From a candidate division WWE3 bacterium GW2011_GWB1_41_6 (lineage in GTDB: Bacteria > Patescibacteriota > WWE3 > UBA101185 > UBA10185): 47,478 nt of DNA. Position 1 is the first letter of the stretch; every line of letters starts with the position of its first letter. The translations under genes were made by a program, and so were the position numbers. Shown here in pieces: positions 15,946 to 25,500 of this stretch. The notes beneath the pieces were generated by a model. That model saw only the letters and a list, made by a program, of their open reading frames with translations. It made no database searches and was not told where the DNA came from. The stretch spans positions 1 to 47,478 of the forward strand of contig LCBS01000004.1 in assembly GCA_000997355.1 (NCBI GenBank), read 5' to 3'.

Positions 15946-16947
15946 GTGGAATCTATTTCTGCCATACAACCTGATCAAAAATACCCACCCGACTCTGTAG
16001 GTCAGTTGATAGAACCGAATGTACCGGTAGTTTCTCCTCATACTTCCGTTCTGGAAATAAAGGAACTTATTAACAAGAACATTGATGAATTCAGAACGAT
16101 TAATTATATCTATATTACAGATCATTCAAATAAATTAACGGGTGTTGTCTCTATAAGAGAAGTACTCAAACACGATAACCATAGACATGTTTCGGAAATA
16201 ATGACCACGGATCTAATCTATACACATCCGTACACTCATCAGGAAAGAGCTGCGTATATGGCATTAAAGAAAAAGGTTAAAGCTGTTCCGGTCCTTGATA
16301 AAGATCACCATTTCCTGGGGGTAATACCATACGATACGTTACTTTCTGTCCTATATCAAGAAATTAGCGAGGATTTATTAAAGTTCGCGGGTTTAACTAG
16401 AGGACACAGTGAAACCGATGATGTAATGAGCCTAAAAGTACTTACTTCACTAAAACACCGGCTACCTTGGATCATAATCGGTTTGGCAGGAGGTCTTTTG
16501 ATCGCGCGGACGATCGGTGCTTTTGAAAGTACATTACAAAATAACCTTATATTGGCCGCATTCATACCATTAATGGTTTATATGAGTAACGCAGTAGGTC
16601 AACAAGTCAGCGCTTTTGTCATCAGAGACTCAGCACTTACCGATAAACTACCTTTCAGAAAATATTTCATAAAGCAAAGCAGCATTGTTCTATTGATAGC
16701 TTTGATTATGTCCACGATCCTCTTTGGTATAAGTGTGTTATTTTATGGCGATTTTAATATTGCAAAGATCCTGAGCGTTTCACTATTCGGAACAATAACT
16801 TCTTCCATACTTACAGGTTTAACAATACCATACGTATTCGTAAAATTACGCTTTGATCCGGCAAACGCTAGCGGGCCGGTCGGTACGGTTATTCAGGATT
16901 TCTTAAGTGTGTTAATATACTTCACGATCGCAAGTTTGCTGATTTAG
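15946..16947 (+). CDS. mgtE: magnesium transporter MgtE, short form (CBS pair plus TM domain, no N-domain)
   Basis: CBS-pair region (VSPHTSVLEIKELI... AVPVLDKDHHFLGVIPYDTLL) followed by the MgtE membrane domain (RLPWIIIGLAGGLL... PLMVYMSNAVGQQ... DPANASGPVGTVIQD). GTG start. At 333 aa it lacks the usual ~130-aa N-terminal domain. Confidence 0.85.
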   Translation: MESISAIQPDQKYPPDSVGQLIEPNVPVVSPHTSVLEIKELINKNIDEFRTINYIYITDHSNKLTGVVSIREVLKHDNHRHVSEIMTTDLIYTHPYTHQERAAYMALKKKVKAVPVLDKDHHFLGVIPYDTLLSVLYQEISEDLLKFAGLTRGHSETDDVMSLKVLTSLKHRLPWIIIGLAGGLLIARTIGAFESTLQNNLILAAFIPLMVYMSNAVGQQVSAFVIRDSALTDKLPFRKYFIKQSSIVLLIALIMSTILFGISVLFYGDFNIAKILSVSLFGTITSSILTGLTIPYVFVKLRFDPANASGPVGTVIQDFLSVLIYFTIASLLI

Positions 16948-16950
16948 CTC

Positions 16951-17880
16951 ATGTTTATGAATAAAAAAAGACTATTTTTCCTGTTTTTATTATTGTTAAT
17001 ATCCGTAACCACGCTATTTTTTAGAAAAGACTTAAATTCCCTTTATCAAAGAGTCGCATATTTCTCATTTTGTGAAAAACCTATCTTATACAGAATAGGG
17101 AACATAGATTCGCGCTTTGAACTTACTAAACAGGAGCTTATGGATAGAACGTCTACAGCCGCCGAGATCTGGAACAGGTCTTATGAAAACACACTGTTTG
17201 AGTACTCTCCGGAAGGGGACTTGGAGATTAATCTGGTCTTTGACGAAAGACAAACGCTTTTAAATAAGATAAACCGAATGAACGGCTCCGTTAGTGACGA
17301 GCGTAACTCACTTGAAAGCAGGATTGCAAATTTTAAAAGATGGCAAGAGGAAATCGAGCAGGAAATGGACGCTTTGAATAAGGAAATAGAATCCTGGAAC
17401 GATAAAGGGGGAGCTCCGCCTGAAAAATACGATGAACTGAACAGGAAACAAAAAGAGCTAAGGGTGGAGATCAATGAACTTAACAAAACCGCTCAAGAGC
17501 TAAACCAAACTACAACAAATATAAACCAACGCGTGACTAATCTGAACGAAACGATCTCATCTTTTAACTCTATACTGCAAGTTAAACCCGAGGAGGGGGT
17601 ATTCATTCCATACGAGAATAAGATAGAGGTTTACTTTTATACAAATGATGACGAACTTGTACATACCATTGCTCACGAAATGGGGCACGCTTTGGGCCTT
17701 GGGCATTTAAATCACACCGATGCTCTAATGAACCCGATAGTGTCGGAAAACACACAGCTTAGTAACGAAGACCTGTCACTATTAAATACATTCTGTTCGG
17801 AGCAGAATAGGTTCGAGTTGTTGAAAAACGACATGAGAACGCTTGTGAATAATTACATTACCAGAATCAATAAAAATTAA
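16951..17880 (+). CDS. membrane-anchored metzincin (matrixin-like) zinc protease with a coiled-coil insertion
   Basis: HEMGHALGLGH (HExxHxxGxxH, starting at nt 17674) followed by ALMNP (a Met-turn candidate). There is an N-terminal TM helix. A heptad-like, charged ~110-aa segment (about nt 17245-17586) lies between the N-terminal strands and the catalytic helix. Confidence 0.8.
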   Translation: MFMNKKRLFFLFLLLLISVTTLFFRKDLNSLYQRVAYFSFCEKPILYRIGNIDSRFELTKQELMDRTSTAAEIWNRSYENTLFEYSPEGDLEINLVFDERQTLLNKINRMNGSVSDERNSLESRIANFKRWQEEIEQEMDALNKEIESWNDKGGAPPEKYDELNRKQKELRVEINELNKTAQELNQTTTNINQRVTNLNETISSFNSILQVKPEEGVFIPYENKIEVYFYTNDDELVHTIAHEMGHALGLGHLNHTDALMNPIVSENTQLSNEDLSLLNTFCSEQNRFELLKNDMRTLVNNYITRINKN

Positions 17881-17955
17881 TGATAAATCAACCATAATTT
17901 GCTGTCCACGATCGGTTTTTTCTGTTAAGATTTTCATATAGATTTGAAGTAAAAA

Positions 17956-19401
17956 ATGAGTCATCGCCTGACCCGATTTACATTTGTAATAACGGTAATC
18001 ATCCCGCTTTTATTGCTGGTGTTTGGTGTTTTCACACAACTCGTCGAAGCAGCCCCCATTAATATCAACACTACATCCACAAATAACGCTACATATCCCG
18101 GAGTAATGAACCATATGGTTGTTACTTCGGATAATACTATTCACACTTTCTTGCAGTTAGGCACAGAAACTATGACTTGCGATGGTGCACCTACAAACGG
18201 TCTTGTATGGGTAATGTCAACAGATTCAGGCGCTACCTGGGATTGTCAGGGACAGTTATCTTCCGATACTACAAATTTAAAATTCGCTTCAGCCCAAAAG
18301 GACAGTTTTGATAACATTTATGTTGTTTATTCAGGAATTGATAATACCCTAAGCACTGCCTACGATGTTTTATATAGAAAACTCACAAAAGGCGCTGGCT
18401 CCACATGGACATTTGAGGATGAGCAGGTTCTACTGGACGGAACTGCCGCAGAATCCTACAGCTATGCAACAATCGCCATTGAGGGTACAACGAGGCTATG
18501 GGTCTCAGCAAGAATTGACGTACTGGTTTACTATTCCAACGGCTTTACTACAGCTCCATCATGGACACTTGGACATAAGAGGTTTTTTGAGAAAATATGG
18601 AGCTTTGATGGAACCTCCACATATACTGATGAAACTACTGATGCATCAAACCTAACAAGTGCTGATGTTACGATGGTTTCGGTACCTAACTCCGCAATTT
18701 ACTTTGGACATAGTACAAAATTCGATTCCATTGCATGGATGCTGTCAACAATCGGAGTCGCGGGAACAATAGACTGGGAATATTATAACGGTAGTACCTG
18801 GAAACAAATCGAAGGATTTCAGATAGATCAGGTGAACGGAAATTTTACCAGCGTTAACAACGGCTATATTAATTTCACTATTCCCACAGATTGGGCTACT
18901 ACTTCCATAAACGGTGAAGGGGGTTCTTACTACTATGTTAGGGCTAGGGCAGCAACAAACTTCACAACACCTCCCGTCGGTACGAGAGTTGCTTCTACGA
19001 TCGCTAATCCTTCTCAGCGGACAACAGGAGGTATTCCTTCTATTGTAAGGTTCGGTTCCAAAATTGGTTTGATGTTTTTGGACGGTACTACAAGCTACAC
19101 ATTTACTTTCCGTTACCGCGCTGATACGGATGCTTTGGGATTATGGAGCTATGAGACCTTCTCTCCCACAACCGCTTCGAACATGACCACAATTACAAAT
19201 TTCAGTGCAGTAGGCAACACAAATGGTCACATTTACGTAATGTTCTTTAAAACAGGTGCAAACGATGTTTTCTTTGAGTTCTATGATGGAAACTCATGGC
19301 ATGACAAGAGTACCCGCCTTGACGATAATGCTGTGATTAGTAACCTTGGCTTATCAACAGACGGGGTGAATGTATGGGTGTTCTATACGGACAATATCTA
19401 A
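17956..19401 (+). CDS. giant surface protein, N-terminal segment (signal peptide, BNR-like region with one inserted WEYYNG/YYYVRAR module), terminated by an in-frame TAA
   Basis: Signal peptide MSHRLTRFTFVITVIIPLLLLVFGVFTQLVEAAP. Asp-box STDSGATW (18217-18240). Module signature WEYYNG (18775) ... GEGGSYYYVRARA (about 18928-18948). It shares its frame with the next ORF. Confidence 0.85.
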   Translation: MSHRLTRFTFVITVIIPLLLLVFGVFTQLVEAAPININTTSTNNATYPGVMNHMVVTSDNTIHTFLQLGTETMTCDGAPTNGLVWVMSTDSGATWDCQGQLSSDTTNLKFASAQKDSFDNIYVVYSGIDNTLSTAYDVLYRKLTKGAGSTWTFEDEQVLLDGTAAESYSYATIAIEGTTRLWVSARIDVLVYYSNGFTTAPSWTLGHKRFFEKIWSFDGTSTYTDETTDASNLTSADVTMVSVPNSAIYFGHSTKFDSIAWMLSTIGVAGTIDWEYYNGSTWKQIEGFQIDQVNGNFTSVNNGYINFTIPTDWATTSINGEGGSYYYVRARAATNFTTPPVGTRVASTIANPSQRTTGGIPSIVRFGSKIGLMFLDGTTSYTFTFRYRADTDALGLWSYETFSPTTASNMTTITNFSAVGNTNGHIYVMFFKTGANDVFFEFYDGNSWHDKSTRLDDNAVISNLGLSTDGVNVWVFYTDNI

Positions 19402-19503
19402 ACAGGAAATGTTTTCTATAAAAAAATCAACACACCCTTCGATGCCTGGTATAGACCTTACACAGATGACGGTGATCACGGAGATGCGGAGAAATTTGGT
19501 CAC

Positions 19504-22500
19504 TTGGTGAACCCTTTCGACAAAGTATGGTTATACAGAAACAGCTCATATTCCGATAAAACAACTTTTAACTCTCAAACTAGCTTGCACAACCTTGATG
19601 ATTATATTGCTTACAACACGCCGGGATTTGCATATGTTCATAATGTTACCGAAGCTGCTTCATCTACAGCTAACGATACATATTTTGGAAGCGATGCATC
19701 CGAATGGACCGTATTCGGTTCACTTGAGCAGTTTACATCTTTATATTGGACGCTAGGAACTAACGGAACCGACGGAACTATGGACTGGCAGTACTGGAAT
19801 GGTAGTTCGTGGGCGAGTTTGACTTTAACTGAATCCAGTAACCCTAACTTCACAGCCGGTGGTTATGCCAAATTCTCGACCCCCGGCGATTGGGTTAAAA
19901 GAAGAATAGCGGACCCACTTAATTCACAGATGGATAATGGTGAGTTTTACTATGTTAGAGCCGCTGTAAATACACCTTACACTGTAGCCCCGAAAGGAAC
20001 AAAGTTCTACAAAGATATACTCCTTAAAGATGCGGGTGATATTGCATATTTTGGTGAGAATGGAACATTCGAAAGTGTTTCTTACAGCTTAAGCTACGAG
20101 GGTTCGGGTGGAACTGTTGTCTGGGAGTATTGGAATGGTGGTACCTGGACAACGCTTACGACTACTGCTTCATCTAACCCTAATTTTGAAAATGCAGGAT
20201 ATATTGATTTTTCTCCTCCCGGTGACTGGGCTGTGACTAGTGTGAACGGGGAGGGTTCCGCCTATTATTATGTGAGGGCTAGAGTAAGTGTTGCTTTTAC
20301 ACAATACCCATCGGATGCATTAGCCTCACCAAACCGTCAAATGAACAACATAATTGTATCCAACAATCCGGTTTCAGATACCATACATGTGGTCTGGACC
20401 CAAAATATTGCATCTCCTGCTACTATCAAATCCGACACCATATCCGTTACAACCGCAGCAACTCCGGCATCAGCAGAATTCATAAACAACAACCAGATAA
20501 CTTATACCGGCGGAGCGGACTCTGGTCTGGAAAACCTTGGTAATGAGAACTATATTAAGACAAGTGATGGAACACTTCACTTATTCACAACAACTTCCAA
20601 CCTTAGTGTTAAGTGCGGCAGTATATATACCGTAGGGCTATTGTACTATCAGTCAACTGACGGAAGCACATGGACGTGCCAGGGAGAGATAACGAACCAT
20701 CCATCAGCACTTGTACCTTCCGTAGCAAAGGACAGTTCCGACAATATTTACTTGGTCTATGCCAAGGCAGGACTAGGCACGTCCTCAGCTACACTGGACG
20801 CAGACCTATGGTTCAGAAAATTAACTTATTCGGGCGGCACATGGACCATAGGATCACAACGGGTTATAGCAGCTGGAGCAACGTCGACGCTTGGTTATGC
20901 CTTACCCTCTATAGTGGTCGAAGATACTGACAGAATTTGGGTTACAGCAACCATCGAAGATACTTCAAGAAACTATAATAGAACTGTTTTGTATTACTCT
21001 AGTGACCTGACAGATAATCCGACATGGACAGAATCGTACACAGGTATTTACTTTGACAAAGTATGGAGTTACTACTCAAGTGTATATTCTAATGAAACAA
21101 CAGACGCGGGTAATACTACAACGGCCGATGTCCAAATGGCAAAGAATACTGGCGACATTATTTATTTTGGCAGAACAGCACAGTTCAATCACGTTTCATG
21201 GAGTCTTTCTACAAATGGTACATCCACAGGAAGAGTAGCATGGGAGTATTACGATGGGGATTCATGGGAACTGTTAGCTCTTAACAGTGCTAATCCTTAT
21301 AGTACCGAAAACACACACTTTAACACAAGTACCTCGGTAATGTTTCCAGTACCGTCTGATTGGGCGACCACTTCAATAAATGGTGAAGGGGACTCCTACT
21401 ATTACGTTAGAGCCAGGGTTACTAACTCATACACAACAGCACCGGTTGGAACTATTATGATGAACGCATTTAGTAGCCCTGCTAATAATTTAGATGTGAC
21501 GGACGATAGTGCACAACTAGTGAGGTATGGAACAGATAAAGTTGCTGTCATATTCAGTGATGATAACTACCAGTACTATATGAGAACTAGAACCGATACG
21601 GATCCTGCAGGCCAATGGAGTGATCCGCCAACCAGGATAACTCCGCATGCGGATGGGGGAAATTTGTACGGTACAGACTTTAAAGCACTTGGAACCTCAT
21701 CAGGTAATATCCTCATGGTATACAAACAGTACTATTACAATCCCGAAATAAGATTTACCTATTATAACGGAGCCACATGGTCATTACCGGTAACTCTATT
21801 CTACAACACACCTTTAGACAGAAACTTCGAAGAGTACGGGCAGCTCATTGACCTTGCAACGGATGACACCAATGTGTGGGTTTTCTCCTATGACACATCA
21901 CAATTAACTTCCAAGGAATACACAAACAGAGACTGGCTTGGTACAACCGGGCAAGGGATACTTTCATATAAAAAGGGGGTTCCTCCCTTTACGTCTAGTG
22001 ATTTTGATGCCAATGCCACGCCTGTAATATCTTATAACGGATTCTTCGATAATGTATGGACCTTCGATTCTAGTGCTACTACGTATTCAAATAAAACAAG
22101 TGAAGCAATGTCCAAAGGGGAGCCTTCCCAGATATGGAGATACACAAACAGCACTTATACCGACTACGATCAGTACAGCATTGATATGGAGCCCTATTTC
22201 AGTCGGGCATGGACATACGCTTCAGGTGCATTCACCGATGCTACATACAATGTTGCACAAGCGGGATCGCCGTCGGCATCTACATTAATGACTTCGACAG
22301 GCGATATACTTTATCTAGGAAATGATAAACAGATAGATTCCGTAGGATGGACATTATCAACACCAGGCGCAGGCGGTACGGTAGAGTGGGAGTATTGGAA
22401 TGGTGCATCGTGGTCATCGTTGTCACTAATAAGCTCAAACAACATAAACCTTACAGGAAACGGTGATATTATCTTTACGGTTCCCGGTGACTGGGTTACT

Positions 22501-25500
22501 ACAACTCTAGGCTCTGATAATTCAGCAAAGTATTATATAAGGGCACGGGCAACCGGAAATTATTCAACACCTCCTGTCGAATCCTATCTAGGACCTAATG
22601 TCCCGTTAGCAGATAATGGTGACATAATTTATCTTGGCGGCGAAACTTCATTTTCATTCCTGATGTGGTACATAGAAAGACGCGGGGTTATAGCTGACGA
22701 CAGCTTTATCTGGGAGTATTGGAACGGTACTACATGGTCATCCCTCGAAAGCTACTATATCTGGCATGATTTCACACACGACTTCTCATCTTGGTCAGAT
22801 TTCCTGTTCTTCAACAAACCTGCCGACTGGGCAACAACATCAGTCAACGGAGAAGGTGGATCTTATTACTATGTCAGGGGAAGAGCTACCGCTGATTATT
22901 CAGAAATACCGTTCGGGACACTTGATTTCGAACTCGCAGGTGACCTTCCAATACCTGGAGATATTGACGATATAACATATTACGGTAAATCTACCAAATT
23001 CGAAACTGTTAACATGGATCAGATCGACGGACCTTCTACATATTACACGTCGAATGGCGCCAGGGGCGGCTCAGTAGTTTGGGAATATTATAACGGAAGC
23101 GCGTGGGCACCATTAACTAAATTTACGGAAGTCGCCGGTGCAAATTACTATGGTAGAGAGTATTGGCAGTATGTTAGCTTTAAACCACCCGGTGATTGGT
23201 CCACAACCGCAGTTAACGGTGAGGGTACTTCATACTACTATGTAAGGTCACGGGTAACTCAAGAATATTCGGACCCTCCGATACTATCACAAGTGTTAGC
23301 AGCGCAACCAACCACATGGGCTGTAGTTGAGAGTACTGTAGAATCTGAAGCCTATAACATTGCCTGGGTTGATGGGATGGCTAACACCGGTATAGCGGAC
23401 AATAATACCAATTATGTAGCCATCCGAGGGAATTTTATCGGTGGAGGCGGGGAGCCATCCAACACAACACCAAACAGTCCCTCTACCCTAACGCAGTACA
23501 AATCAGATGGAACAACCGACGAAACAACAGTTGTACTTAAGATGACTGTCAGCGATACAGATAATCCAGAGGTTCTGACACCTCAATTTGAAGTCCGGGA
23601 AGTCGGTACGGCTTTCTCAAATACCTCTACTAATACGGGATCTAATGTTAATTACTCAGGAACTCCTCTTACAGCAAGTGTGACTGTGAACGGGCTTGTG
23701 AACGACTCTTCATACCATTGGCAAGCCCGGGTCTGCGACGATGAAAGTGCTTGTTCTGCATGGGTCGCCTATGGAGGAAACCTCGAATCGGCCGCAGATT
23801 TTATTATCGACACCGGAGCCGTGGGTACGGGACCAACCGGCACGATAGTTATTAACAACGGTGACGGTTACACAGATTCGGTTGGTGTAACGCTAAGTTT
23901 AACTGTAGAAGACGATACAACAGCTGATGCCGACATAGACATGCTTCTCTCCAACGTATCTGATTTCGCCGGAGCGTCGTGGGAAGATTTTTCAGCAACA
24001 AGATTATGGACTCTTTCTTCAGGTGACGGCATAAAAACTGTATACGTAAAGTACAGAGATACCGACACAAATGAATCAAGTTCGTATAACGACACTATAA
24101 TACTGGATGCTAACAGGGCCCCTACAGGCAGGCTTGTTATCAATTCCGATAACGGGAAAGCATCAGGAGATTCCGCTGAATATACTAATGACCGTAGTGT
24201 CAAATTATACATATCGGTGGACCAAGATGGCGGTACCAAGGTTCAGCAAATGAAGATCTCTAACGATAAAAATTTCCGGGATGCGGATTGGGAATCATAT
24301 GCTGAAGAAAAGGACTGGAGGCTAACCAATAACGACGGATTAAAGACTGTATACATTAAAATCAGAGACGAAGCAGGTAACGAGTCGAACAGGTTCAGCG
24401 AATCAATTACCCTGGACACAACACCCCCCGAACTTCAGATAACACGAATCGAAACTGCACAAAGCAGCGGAGGTACCTACTACTCAACTTCTACAAACTT
24501 ATCTTTTTACGGTATTGCTGAAGCTGATTCCAAAGTGAAAATGGTATTAAACGGTTCAGCCGATACTAGTGAGACCGATGTCCTGGGCGATAAAAAATGG
24601 CAATTTACTGACACTACATTAAACAATGGAAATAATGGAGTTTTATTTGAAGCAAAAGATAACGCAAACAATAGGACCATATTAAGCGTACATGTCGTTG
24701 TAGATAGTTCGGGCGAATCCTTCCCGGATGAAGTTAACGAGCAGATCGGTTTACAGGTTCCTATTGGAAGTCCTATAAAAGAACCTAAACTTACTAATAT
24801 CACCACCCGCGAAGTAGTAGAAGATACAGACCTATGCTACAAACCTATGACCTACGAGGGTAAAGTGTTCGACTTTTTCACATTCGAAAAGAAAGTTAAA
24901 CTGCCAAAAGTGAACGGAACATTCTACGCTATCGAACCTGACGGCGAAGGAGGGTGGTTTATTGGCGGTAAATTCAATAAAGTCGGTAAGGAAATTGTGA
25001 GTAATGTTGTTCATATTTTACCGAACGGACAGGTTGACAAGAATTGGGCAGCGTTTATTGACGGCGAGGTATATACGATCGAATTAGATAAGCAAAATGA
25101 GATGGTGTACCTTGGCGGTAATTTTACTTATGTAAATGATATTCAGAAGAAGAATATAGCAGCCGTAAGCACAGAAACAGGTATACTAACTAAATTCAAC
25201 CCTAAAGTTAATTCAGTTGTACTCTCACTCGAAAAACATGTTTCCGAACCCACCCTGTACGCCGCGACATGTACCGGACCGGAGGTTATAGATCCGGCGA
25301 CTACCGAACCGTATTTTGACAGTGAACTTAGAGCTCCTACAATAAACACAGTCGATTATATATATGAACCACAGACCGGGACTTCGGTAGCGTTAATCTC
25401 CTGGGTAAACCCCGAAAGCGCACCTGTCAGTTATGTAGATGTAAGTACGGATCCCGACTTTAAGACTTATTACAACAAACATGTTCCTGGAACCGACAAT

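Noticed and set aside
19399-19401. An alternative genetic code as the explanation for the in-frame stop in the giant gene.
   Set aside because: The stop is TAA, not TGA, so code 25 or code 4 (UGA reassignment, known in some CPR lineages) does not apply. TGA, TAG and TAA all terminate well-supported genes in this window.
19420-19426. An A7 run just downstream of the in-frame stop as a programmed frameshift or slippage site.
   Set aside because: The upstream and downstream ORFs are already in the same frame, so no frameshift is needed. The run encodes K-K within the conserved YKK..PF landmark.
23868-24239. Numerous antisense or overlapping ORFs in the track, for example 62..364, 265..465, 532..825, 1001..1351, 2927..3310, 17181..17486, 20670..20930, 23868..24239, 24507..24806, 28035..28289, 30224..30451, 35249..35593, 43569..43964 and 45819..46169.
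   Set aside because: Each is embedded in a longer ORF that has clear family motifs. They have no independent motif support and typically show low-complexity or Ser/Leu/Arg-rich composition, as expected from reading a real gene in the wrong frame or strand.
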